The position numbers and the translations under genes are program-made. Shown here one piece after another: positions 18,925 to 27,987 of a stretch of 64,000 nucleotides of DNA. Each line of letters begins with the position of its first letter. The first letter of the stretch is position 1. This DNA comes from an uncultured Ardenticatenia bacterium (GTDB lineage: Bacteria; Chloroflexota; Anaerolineae; 4572-78; NAK82), in contig CAKZLO010000014.1 in the NCBI GenBank assembly GCA_937127125.1, positions 36,255 to 100,254 of the forward strand, given 5' to 3'. Below the pieces are notes generated by a model that made no database searches, was not told the DNA's origin, and saw only the letters and a program-made list of their open reading frames with translations.

Positions 18925-20390
18925 AGTACACACGCAGCAACTACACTGTCAATGTGACTCCACGCTTTCGCGTTCTCAGCGACGACCAGATTACTGAGCT
19001 GCACTATGCCACTTTGGAGGTCATGCGGCGTACCGGAGTCCAGGTCGAGGAACCGCGTGCGATCGAGATCTTCGCCCGCGGCGGATGCTGGGTGGATGGG
19101 AAGCGCGTACGCTTTCCGGCTCATCTGGTTGAATGGGCGATCGAGGTGACACCAAGTCGGGTTGTGCTTTGCGACCGGTTGGGGCGACCAGCAGTAGCCC
19201 TGCAAGGTGAGCGCGCCTATTTTGGCACTGGTTCCGATACCCCGAACATTGTAGATATCGAGACTGGAGAGCGCAGACTGGTGTGTAAAGAGGATATTGC
19301 GCGCACCAGCCGCCTGGTGGATGCTCTATCCAACCTCTCTTTTATGATGTGTTCTGGCATTGCCTCGGATGTACCAGCAGCTATTTCGGATATTTATCAC
19401 TTCGAGGCAATGGTGCGCAATACAATTAAGCCAATCGTGTTCACGGCTTGGAGCTTGGAAAACCTCAAGGACATTATCGAGATGGCAGAGGTGGTTGCGG
19501 GCGGCGCGGAGGCATTGCAGCGCAATCCATTCTGTGCGCTATACACTGAGCCTATTTCCCCCCTCACGCTGGGACCAGAGGCGACGCAGAAGCTGATGTA
19601 TATGGCTGAAAAGGGGCTTCCCACTGTCTTCACCCCTGGCCTCATCACAGGCGCCAGCGGACCAGTGACCATTGCCGGGGGCTTGGCGCAAGGTAATGCA
19701 GAGATGTTAGCTGGCTTCGTGCTGGCACAGCTGATTCGGGAGGGCACTCCTCTGGTTTATGGTGGTGGGGTGTTGCCGATTGACATGCGCACCACCTTAA
19801 TGTCTTATGCGGCGCCTGAGTTCATGTTGGGCGTGTGCGCTCTGAAAGATATGGCACGTCACTACCGCCTGCCAATGTTCCACTTCGCCGGCTGTTCAGA
19901 CGCAAAGACGTTCGATCAACAGGCCACCTTAGAAGGATCTCTTTGGGTGATGCTGGCTGCGCTTAATGGTGGAAACCTGGTGCACGATATGGGGTATATC
20001 GATAACGGACTGACCACCAGCTACCAACAGCTAGTGACAATGGATGAAGTCGTGGGTATGGTGGCGCGCTTTATGAAAGGCATCGAGGTCACGGAGGAGA
20101 CAATGGCACTCGATGTCATCGACCGTGTGGGGCCCGGCGGACACTTCCTTTCGGACGACCATACATTGAGCCACTTCCGCGAGAATTGGGTGCCTAAATT
20201 GCTGGATCGCAGCAACTACGTAACCTGGGAGGCTAAGGGCAAGTTAACCCTGGGCGACCGTGCACTGGAGCGCGCACGCCAACTGTTGCAAACTCACACA
20301 CCTGAGCCGCTCCCGGCTGAGGTGGCGGAAAGGTTGGCCGCTATTGTGGCACGCGCTGAACAACGAGCCTATGTTGGAAATGCAACATAA
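18921..20390 (+). CDS. Trimethylamine methyltransferase (MttB) superfamily protein, non-pyrrolysine, paralog 2
   Basis: Same motifs (GPVTIAGGLAQGNAE, SDAKTFDQQA, IDRVGPGGHFL); ATGA overlap with paralog 1. Confidence 0.9.
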   Translation: MKYTRSNYTVNVTPRFRVLSDDQITELHYATLEVMRRTGVQVEEPRAIEIFARGGCWVDGKRVRFPAHLVEWAIEVTPSRVVLCDRLGRPAVALQGERAYFGTGSDTPNIVDIETGERRLVCKEDIARTSRLVDALSNLSFMMCSGIASDVPAAISDIYHFEAMVRNTIKPIVFTAWSLENLKDIIEMAEVVAGGAEALQRNPFCALYTEPISPLTLGPEATQKLMYMAEKGLPTVFTPGLITGASGPVTIAGGLAQGNAEMLAGFVLAQLIREGTPLVYGGGVLPIDMRTTLMSYAAPEFMLGVCALKDMARHYRLPMFHFAGCSDAKTFDQQATLEGSLWVMLAALNGGNLVHDMGYIDNGLTTSYQQLVTMDEVVGMVARFMKGIEVTEETMALDVIDRVGPGGHFLSDDHTLSHFRENWVPKLLDRSNYVTWEAKGKLTLGDRALERARQLLQTHTPEPLPAEVAERLAAIVARAEQRAYVGNAT

Positions 20391-20402
20391 GAGGCGAAGA
20401 GT

Positions 20403-20864
20403 ATGCGCATCATTATTGGCAGCGATCACTTCGGCTACTATCTGAAAGAGGATCTGAAAGCCTATTTGCAGGAGAAGGGACACGAACCCATCGATGCCGG
20501 ATGGCACAGCCCCACCGAACCGGTGGACTACCCGGACATTGCTTTGCAAGTGGCTGAGCGCATCGCGCGCGGGGAATTTGATCGGGGCATCCTCATTTGC
20601 GGTACTGGTATCGGGATGGCGATCGTGGCGAACAAGGTGCCCGGTGTGCGTGCTGCGACCTGTCACGATCCCCATTCGGCGGAACGTGCACGCAAAAGCA
20701 ATGACGCCCAAATCATGACACTGGGCGCTCAGGTTGTTGCACCTACACTGGCGCGTATGCTGGTAGATCACTGGCTGGCCTCAGAATTTGCCGGCGGTCG
20801 CTCCGCACCCAAAGTGGAGAAGATCAAGGCCATTGATGCGCGTTACCGACGCTTGCCAGAATAA
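20403..20864 (+). CDS. rpiB: RpiB/LacAB family sugar-phosphate isomerase (DerI/EryI-like signature)
   Basis: Motifs GSDH, DYPD and CGTGIG...ANKVPG; has RKSNDAQ where canonical RpiB has REHNNAN. Confidence 0.88.
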   Translation: MRIIIGSDHFGYYLKEDLKAYLQEKGHEPIDAGWHSPTEPVDYPDIALQVAERIARGEFDRGILICGTGIGMAIVANKVPGVRAATCHDPHSAERARKSNDAQIMTLGAQVVAPTLARMLVDHWLASEFAGGRSAPKVEKIKAIDARYRRLPE

Positions 20865-20989
20865 TCTGGCCTTATACTCGGAGCACGTTCTGTGGCCTTC
20901 AGGTGGGATCGTCTATTGGAAGATGGCCGGTTCATGCGCCCTGCGCGTATCGCCATTGCAGGCAGGACAGCCGGAAGGGGGACTCCATA

Positions 20990-22489
20990 ATGCCACCCGG
21001 AATCACGATTGTTGGGCTGGGGCCGGGCGGTGCACATCTCTGGACGGAGGCTGCCCGCCAGGTTTTTGCGAGCAGCCAAGAGGTATGGCTGCGTACTGCT
21101 CGGCATCCTGGGGTGGAAGAACTAACCCGTTCCTTTCCCCTAAAAGTCCACTCCTTCGATGCCTGGTATGATGAAGCGACTGACTTTGCCTCTCTTTACG
21201 AAAGCATTGCGCGTCGGGTAATTGAGCTCGGACAGCGTGAGCAGGGAGTGGTATACGCTGTGCCGGGTCACCCCTCAGTGGGCGAGGCAACAGTGCCCCT
21301 GATTCGCCGTATGGCAGTGGAAACCGGTCTGACAGTGCGCATTGTCCCAGGTCTCAGCTTCCTTGAGCCAGTGCTCACTGCGTTGGGCATTGATGCTCTG
21401 GAGGGATTACAAATCGCCGATGCAGATCAGCTGGCTGCTATGCATCATCCGCCTCTGGATCCTGATCGCCCTGCACTGGTGGCTCAGCTCTACAACCGAC
21501 GTCAGGCAGCTGAGGTCAAGCTCACTCTGATGAACAGCTACCCCGAGACTCATTCGGTCAGGCTGGTGAGCGCCGCCGGAACAGAACGCGAACGCATCGT
21601 TGACATCCCGCTATACGAGCTGGATCGTCAGCCAGGCATTGACCATCTGACAACCCTATATCTGCCGCCACTTTCAGGCGCAGCCGGCTTGCCCGCCCTT
21701 CAGGAGACAGTGGCCCATCTCCGCGCGCCAGATGGTTGCCCTTGGGATCGCGAACAGACACACCTAAGCTTGCGCCCTTATCTACTGGAGGAGGCTTACG
21801 AGGTGCTGGCTGCGCTGGACAGCGAGGATCGCGCCGCTCTGATCGAAGAGCTGGGGGATCTGCTGCTTCAGATCGTTCTGCACGTGCAAATCGCTGCGGA
21901 AGAAGGTGATTTCTTGATGGCCAATGTCATCCGCAATATTGATGCTAAATTGCGCCGCCGCCATCCTCATGTCTTTGGTGAGTTGGCAGTCAGTGGAGTC
22001 TCCGAGGTGCTTGTCAACTGGGAAGCGATCAAACGTTCTGAGCGTGCTCATGCTGAAGATACTGTCCAGGATAGGGTTGTCCAGCCAAAATCTATCTTAG
22101 ATGGTGTCCCGCTCGCTATGCCAGCTCTAGCACGCGCTCAAGCTATCGCCGAGCGTGTGGCACGTGTAGGCTTCGACTGGCCAGATGTACAGGGCGTCTT
22201 AGAGAAGGTAAGCGAAGAGGCACGTGAGCTGGCAGCTGCAACCTCACCAGAAGCGCGTGCGGCGGAGCTGGGTGATCTCCTCACCGCCGTGGTCAATCTG
22301 GCCCGTTGGTTAGGCGTGGATGCAGAAAGCGCTCTGCGCGCTTCCAACGATCGTTTTGCTCGGCGTTTTCGTCTGGTAGAACAGCTGGCTGCACAGCGTG
22401 GTCTGGAATTAGGCAAGTTGGACATCCACGCATTGGATGCGCTGTGGGAAGAAGCGAAGTCACTGGACGAAACCGGAACAACGGGCTAG
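20990..22489 (+). CDS. mazG: YabN-type tetrapyrrole-methylase-like/MazG nucleoside triphosphate pyrophosphohydrolase fusion
   Basis: N-terminal ITIVGLGPG and YAVPGHP; MazG motifs LRAPDGCPWDREQTH, EELGDLLLQ, RRHPHVF and GFDWP. Start moved to ATG 20990 after a G-rich RBS. Confidence 0.92.
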   Translation: MPPGITIVGLGPGGAHLWTEAARQVFASSQEVWLRTARHPGVEELTRSFPLKVHSFDAWYDEATDFASLYESIARRVIELGQREQGVVYAVPGHPSVGEATVPLIRRMAVETGLTVRIVPGLSFLEPVLTALGIDALEGLQIADADQLAAMHHPPLDPDRPALVAQLYNRRQAAEVKLTLMNSYPETHSVRLVSAAGTERERIVDIPLYELDRQPGIDHLTTLYLPPLSGAAGLPALQETVAHLRAPDGCPWDREQTHLSLRPYLLEEAYEVLAALDSEDRAALIEELGDLLLQIVLHVQIAAEEGDFLMANVIRNIDAKLRRRHPHVFGELAVSGVSEVLVNWEAIKRSERAHAEDTVQDRVVQPKSILDGVPLAMPALARAQAIAERVARVGFDWPDVQGVLEKVSEEARELAAATSPEARAAELGDLLTAVVNLARWLGVDAESALRASNDRFARRFRLVEQLAAQRGLELGKLDIHALDALWEEAKSLDETGTTG

Positions 22490-22519
22490 CATACATCATA
22501 ACAGAAAGCCTCGACGAGA

Positions 22520-22978
22520 GTGACTGCCAGTCCGATACGTTCTCATCTCGCGCGATTGCTGACCCTCATAATGCTGATTATCTTGAGTCTGAGCAGTGCG
22601 GCATGCATCAGCGGTGGCTTGGGGGACGCGGAGAATCAGCGCAACAATGCACTCCGTCGTGCCGCTTTGGCCTATGAACTGCGCATGCGCGGAGGCGCTG
22701 ATGAGGTATTGGTGGACTGCGGCTACTTAGAGTGGCGAGACAATTTGGGATTCGAAGGGCGCACCGTGTGGCTCACCCCGTTCGCCCGCGAAGAATATCT
22801 GGCGTTACGTAATCCTCAATCCACCTACATCTATCTGCACCTTCCGCAGCGAATGGACGGACATTTCATCATAGAAGTAGAACGCAGCGGTACATCTGGG
22901 TTGCTCAAGCATCGGCTAGGGTTGCAACTGCAGGGCAAAATGTGGCTGGTGGTGCAGGATGAGCGGATCTCGCCGTAA
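22520..22978 (+). CDS. Hypothetical lipoprotein
   Basis: Hydrophobic signal ending LSSAAC (lipobox-like); follows mazG directly. Confidence 0.65.
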   Translation: MTASPIRSHLARLLTLIMLIILSLSSAACISGGLGDAENQRNNALRRAALAYELRMRGGADEVLVDCGYLEWRDNLGFEGRTVWLTPFAREEYLALRNPQSTYIYLHLPQRMDGHFIIEVERSGTSGLLKHRLGLQLQGKMWLVVQDERISP

Positions 22979-23107
22979 GCAGTGCGAGGGTAGTGCATAA
23001 TGAATACATCTGGAACAGAGTACTAGGTAACCCCAACATGATTGCGCGCGTGAGCAGATACCAGATTACTCGTTCATGCCGCTGCACTGGCGGGTTAGGA
23101 CAATATA

Positions 23108-24211
23108 TCAGGGCCATCTCAGACCCATCACGATGAAAAACATGGTGGTCAACACGCGTGGCCAGCCCCGGTAGCACAATCTGGCCATCAGACGACGTTG
23201 CTGCAGCGCCTTGCCCAACGGATGGGCTAAGATATGCTCGCGATAGTGGGCGAAACGAAAGTTTTGTTTATCAAACGCCTCGACCAATTCTTCTGCCGCC
23301 ACAGCACCATATCCCAAGGCAAAGGAGATGCCCTCTCCAGCAAGCGGATCAACTCCTGCGGCGTCACCGACCAGTAAAATGTGAGGCTGGCTCACCGTTG
23401 CATATGGGTCAAACCAGCGCTCGGGGTGACCCTGCCACTTTTTAGCCTCGCCGTAAACCTGACGCGCCTCTAACCCAGCTCGGAAGAGCTTCTTGAGATC
23501 AGCATGTTCGCGTGTCGGGTAGTAGCGACTGTCATAGATACCTCGATTGATGTAAGCAGCACCATTCTCAAGACATGGAAAGTCCCAGATGTACCCTTGT
23601 AATCCCTTGTCTACCGCAGTGAAGTCGAAGACGGCTGTGTTGGTAGCGAACTCGTAGGAGCTGACCGGGTCAGCCGGCGTCAGTATTTCGATCAAACGTG
23701 CCACGCGATGAGGTTCGCGCAACTTCATGCTGGCGCGCACCGCACTGTTGGCGCCATCGGCACCAACGAGCACACGTGTTCGATAGCAGCGACGCGCCGT
23801 GTACACCTGGATCCCATCCTCCAGATACTCAAAGTGAGACAATGCCTCCTGCTCATGCAGGCGCATACCGCGCTGCAGGGCGGCTGCTGCCAGTGCAGAG
23901 TCAAATTCGTGACGCCGCACTACCCGGAAGAAGTTTTTCTGGCGCCAATAAAAACGTCGTCCATGATAACGAAACTCTGCGTTGTGCACAGGAACCGATG
24001 TCACCTTGATCCGGACACGTAACAGACCCAGCAAAGTGTCTGCAAAGCGCATCACGCCGCCACCGCAGAGTTTGGGACGCGGATGGCTTGCTTTCTCGAG
24101 GACAAGGGTTCGCGCTGCCAGCTCGGGATTAAGCTTGTTCAGATGTAGCCAAGTGGACACACCTGCCGGCCCGCTGCCGGCGATGATGACGTCGTAGTCG
24201 AAAGCTGCCAT
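23108..24211 (-). CDS. FAD-dependent oxidoreductase, geranylgeranyl reductase family
   Basis: Motifs GSGPAG, PRPKLCGGG, GADGANS, GYIWDFP and LVGDAAG...GEGI. Confidence 0.88.
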   Translation of the reverse strand: MAAFDYDVIIAGSGPAGVSTWLHLNKLNPELAARTLVLEKASHPRPKLCGGGVMRFADTLLGLLRVRIKVTSVPVHNAEFRYHGRRFYWRQKNFFRVVRRHEFDSALAAAALQRGMRLHEQEALSHFEYLEDGIQVYTARRCYRTRVLVGADGANSAVRASMKLREPHRVARLIEILTPADPVSSYEFATNTAVFDFTAVDKGLQGYIWDFPCLENGAAYINRGIYDSRYYPTREHADLKKLFRAGLEARQVYGEAKKWQGHPERWFDPYATVSQPHILLVGDAAGVDPLAGEGISFALGYGAVAAEELVEAFDKQNFRFAHYREHILAHPLGKALQQRRLMARLCYRGWPRVLTTMFFIVMGLRWP

Positions 24212-24304
24212 GAAGCTTCATCATCGAGGAAAGCTAAAGATTTACACAATTGTACGAAAACACCCCTGATCAGGCAAGTTTAGAAGGCGTCCGGCGAAGG
24301 CTGG

Positions 24305-25135
24305 TCACGTCGCCATAAGACGACTGAAACGACCCAAAAGCCAGTGCTCCAGAGGGCGCGGTATCAGGCATGGTAAATGGCTAACGATCCAGTTGGTAGT
24401 GCCTGGTACGCAGATAACCTTGCCACGCGCCAGGCAGCGCAGCGATGCCTGTACTACTTCTTCCGCGGACATGGCCCTCAATGGCCCACTGGTTTGATAG
24501 AATCGATCGGGGTCGAAACCCAGACGAGCATGAAAATCGGTGCGGGTGAAACCTGGGCACAATGCCTGTACCCGCACCCCTGTGGCACGCAATTCGATTG
24601 CCAACGACTCGCTGAAAATGCGGATGAACTCCTTCGTGGCTGTGTACATAGTGTGGTAAGGAAGAGGGAAGAAAGCTGCCACCGAAGACACATTGATAAT
24701 GGCGCCTCTCCCTCGGGCAATCAACACAGGCAAAGCCGCATAGGTCAGGCGCACTGTAGCCAGCATATGTGCCTTAAGCATCGCTTGGTGCACGGTGTAA
24801 TCTTGCTCATGAAATGGTGCCCCACCCGCCCCAAATCCAGCGTTATTAATTAAAATCTCGAGCTGATCTTGGGAATGCACCTTCTCAGCCAGAGCTTCCA
24901 GATCCTCATCTTTGGCCAGTTCGGCGACCACCACCTCGACCTGAATGCCATAGTCATGAGTGAGCACACTGGCCAGCGCCTCAAGTCGCTCTCGGCGCCG
25001 CCCCGTAAGTACCAAGTCGAACCCTCGCCGACCCAACTCCCGGGCAAAAGCAGCCCCGATGCCACTGCTGGCGCCTGTAATGAAGGCGACACCCTTCTCA
25101 TAAGCTCCCTTGGACAGATCATAGCCCCCATTCAT
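24305..25135 (-). CDS. Short-chain dehydrogenase/reductase
   Basis: Motifs TGASSGIG, NNAGFG, YTATK (YxxxK) and LCPGFTRT. Confidence 0.92.
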   Translation of the reverse strand: MNGGYDLSKGAYEKGVAFITGASSGIGAAFARELGRRGFDLVLTGRRRERLEALASVLTHDYGIQVEVVVAELAKDEDLEALAEKVHSQDQLEILINNAGFGAGGAPFHEQDYTVHQAMLKAHMLATVRLTYAALPVLIARGRGAIINVSSVAAFFPLPYHTMYTATKEFIRIFSESLAIELRATGVRVQALCPGFTRTDFHARLGFDPDRFYQTSGPLRAMSAEEVVQASLRCLARGKVICVPGTTNWIVSHLPCLIPRPLEHWLLGRFSRLMAT

Positions 25136-27081
25136 CTGGCATTCTCCAACCGTCGTTGAAACTGGGTATTATACAACATGGCATAGAGACCGCCGCGCGC
25201 TAGCAACTCAGCATGTGTTCCTTGCTCTACCAGTTGTCCTTCGTTCAGCACCAGGATAACGTCTGCAGCAAGGATGGTACTCAACCGATGCGCAATGACA
25301 AGGCTGGTGCGTCCCTGCATCACGCGTTGCAAGGCAGCCTGGATCAGGGCTTCGCTGTGCGAGTCGAGCGAGGAAGTAGCCTCATCCAGAATGAGGATAC
25401 GGGGATCCTTAAGCAGTACGCGCGCAATGGCAACACGTTGTTTCTCCCCACCGCTCAAGCGGTAACCGCGTTCACCCACTATTGTGTCATAGCCATCAGG
25501 CAAAGTGAGAATGAAATCGTGGATATTGGCGGCGCGACAAGCTTCCTCAATTTCAGATTGACTGGCGTCTGGTCGTGCGTACAGCAAGTTGGTACGGATC
25601 GTATCATGAAACAGGAAAGTCTCCTGGGTTACCATCCCAATGTGTGCGGTGAGCGAAGCGAGCGTAATCTGGCGCAGATCGTACCCATCTAGCAGAATGC
25701 GCCCTTCCGTGGGGTCATACAGGCGCGGCAGCAGGTAGGTGATCGTGGTCTTGCCCGCGCCGCTGGGACCCACAAGGGCTGCAAGCTGACCAGGTTGAAT
25801 CTCGAAGCTCAGACCACGCACCGCCCACTGCCGCTCCGCAGCACGCCATCTTAGGAAGAGCTCATGTTCATCTTCAGTGAACTTACCATTGTCGGTTGCG
25901 CCCCGAGTGCTGTCGGGCTCCGTCGTGATACCCGGCAGGCGGGCCCCGAAGCGGCTCGCATCTGCATAGCTTAGTGAGACATTCTCAAAGCGCACATGCC
26001 CTCGTACCTGTTCAAGCGTGATTGCTCCGGGTGCATCCTCGATTTCAACCGGCAGATCAAGTACTTCGAACACGCGCTCAAAACTGACCAATGACTGAGC
26101 GAAGTCCACCCGTGCATTACTGAGTGCCCCTATTGGTCCGTATAGCTGGGCGAGGTAGCTGGTAAAGGCAACCAACGTGCCCAAGGTGAGTGCTTCGCCG
26201 ATGACCAGATGACCACCAGCCCAGAAAACCAGTGCAGTGCCCACTGCGCTCACCGCGCTCAGCATCATGAAAAACCAGCGACCCACCACAGCACGTCGTA
26301 CACCAACATCGCGCACCTCGTTGCTCAACCGCGTGAAACGAGTAATCTCATCCGCTTGGCGGCCGAAAAGCTTGGTCAGCATGGCGCCGCTGACATTAAG
26401 GGTCTCCTGCATCATAGCATTCATAGCAGCATTGCGCTCCATTGCCTCACGCACAATGCGACGCAACACCAGACCAATGCGGCGGGCAGGTAGAAAGAAA
26501 AGAGGGAAAATAATAACGCTCAAGAGCGTCAATCGCCACTCGAGCGAGAACATGATGGCGAGCGTGGTCAGCAATGTCACCGCATTGGTGATGATCTCGA
26601 TAAAAGTGCTGGTCACCGCACGTTGCGCTTCGACTACGTCATTGTTAAGGCGGCTCATCAGCTCACCGGTTTTGGTGTGGGTGAAAAAACGCAGGCTCAT
26701 ACGTTGCATATGGGCATAGAGCGCTTGGCGCAGATCGCTGATGATCCCCTCACCGATGCGCGCGTTCAGGTAGCGTTGCCCCACCCCAATCGCGCCGCTG
26801 AGCAGAGGGATTATTATCATCCCCAATGCCAACAGATTGAGTGCGAAAATGTCGCGCTGAGGAATGGCATGGTCGATCAACTGGCGGATGAGCAGAGGTG
26901 GTACCAGACCTAGCAACGAGACGATCAGGATGGCGCCCAATGTGAGCAGCGCCGAAGCCAGATAGGGACGCGCAATCTGTGCCACGCGCCGCAGCAGGCT
27001 GCGGCTAATATGTGGCCGGTCTGTGCGCTCATCATAAGTTATATACTGCCACCATCCTCCGCCATGCATATGAACCCCCAC
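25132..27081 (-). CDS. ABC exporter, fused permease/ATPase (MsbA/multidrug-like)
   Basis: Multi-TM N-terminus; motifs GPSGAGKT, LSGGEKQR, LDEATSSLD and IAHRLST. Confidence 0.93.
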   Translation of the reverse strand: MGVHMHGGGWWQYITYDERTDRPHISRSLLRRVAQIARPYLASALLTLGAILIVSLLGLVPPLLIRQLIDHAIPQRDIFALNLLALGMIIIPLLSGAIGVGQRYLNARIGEGIISDLRQALYAHMQRMSLRFFTHTKTGELMSRLNNDVVEAQRAVTSTFIEIITNAVTLLTTLAIMFSLEWRLTLLSVIIFPLFFLPARRIGLVLRRIVREAMERNAAMNAMMQETLNVSGAMLTKLFGRQADEITRFTRLSNEVRDVGVRRAVVGRWFFMMLSAVSAVGTALVFWAGGHLVIGEALTLGTLVAFTSYLAQLYGPIGALSNARVDFAQSLVSFERVFEVLDLPVEIEDAPGAITLEQVRGHVRFENVSLSYADASRFGARLPGITTEPDSTRGATDNGKFTEDEHELFLRWRAAERQWAVRGLSFEIQPGQLAALVGPSGAGKTTITYLLPRLYDPTEGRILLDGYDLRQITLASLTAHIGMVTQETFLFHDTIRTNLLYARPDASQSEIEEACRAANIHDFILTLPDGYDTIVGERGYRLSGGEKQRVAIARVLLKDPRILILDEATSSLDSHSEALIQAALQRVMQGRTSLVIAHRLSTILAADVILVLNEGQLVEQGTHAELLARGGLYAMLYNTQFQRRLENAR

Positions 27082-27156
27082 TTCTGGATTCCTATCATAC
27101 TGACAATCCCTCAGATATGCCAGCCGGGGATACGCACGGTTTCTGTCAGGAATTCG

Positions 27157-27213
27157 TTCTGAACATATCTCTAATTGTCTCTTAACAACTTCTGAACAAT
27201 CACCTGCTATACT
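27157..27213 (+). promoter_or_regulatory. Four 11-bp-period direct repeats plus extended -10 upstream of the MacAB-like operon
   Basis: TTCTGAACATA/TCTCTAATTGT/CTCTTAACAAC/TTCTGAACAAT (27157-27200), then TGcTATACT (27205-27213). Confidence 0.5.
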
Positions 27214-27246
27214 CCTTTATGTTGAGAATTCCGGGAGGAACCTCTC

Positions 27247-27987
27247 ATGGCGTCTGATGCATTGTTGATCGAGTTGGAGAAGGTAACCCGGGTGTACCGG
27301 ATGGGGGACGTGCAAGTGCACGCATTGCGTGGCGTCTCGCTGATGGTGCGACAGGGCGAGTATATCGCCATTATGGGCGCCAGCGGCTCGGGCAAGAGCA
27401 CCCTTATGAACGTGATCGGGTTGCTTGACCGACCCACCAGTGGAAGCTACCGGATTCGTGGGACGGAAGTTAGCCAGCTCAGCCGAGGTAAACTAGCTGA
27501 CCTGCGCAACCGAGAGTTTGGTTTCGTGTTTCAGCAGTTCAATTTGCTCCCGCGGATAAGTGCCCGTCGTCAGGTGGAGCTACCGCTACTATACGCTGGC
27601 GTTACAGGGCGTCGGAGTCGAGAGATGGCAGAGGCAGCGTTGGCGCGTGTGGGGCTGGCAGATCGCCTCCATCATTCCCCTGAGGAGATGTCCGGTGGGG
27701 AACAACAACGCGTTGCCATTGCGCGTGCGTTGGTCAACCATCCCAGTGTGTTGCTAGCCGACGAACCAACGGGTGCGCTTGATAGCAAGACGGGTTCTGA
27801 AATCTTGGGCCTGATTGATGATCTGCACGCCAAAGGTCTCACAGTGGTTATGGTCACCCATGACCCACGCGTAGCACAACGCGCTCAGCGACTGATTGTG
27901 CTCAGCGATGGTCAGGTTATCTCGGACGAAGAAAATGGCCGCAAAGCGGTCAAGTGGATACTGGGGGACGCTCATGAAGATCGTTAG
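27247..27987 (+). CDS. ABC ATP-binding protein (MacB/LolD family)
   Basis: Motifs GASGSGKS, GFVFQQFNLL, SGGEQQRVAIARAL and LADEPTGALD. Confidence 0.93.
   Translation: MASDALLIELEKVTRVYRMGDVQVHALRGVSLMVRQGEYIAIMGASGSGKSTLMNVIGLLDRPTSGSYRIRGTEVSQLSRGKLADLRNREFGFVFQQFNLLPRISARRQVELPLLYAGVTGRRSREMAEAALARVGLADRLHHSPEEMSGGEQQRVAIARALVNHPSVLLADEPTGALDSKTGSEILGLIDDLHAKGLTVVMVTHDPRVAQRAQRLIVLSDGQVISDEENGRKAVKWILGDAHEDR

Noticed and set aside
17455..20390. Pyrrolysine-dependent trimethylamine methyltransferases
   Set aside because: Neither gene has an in-frame TAG, Cys occupies the inferred Pyl position, and no pyl genes are in the window.
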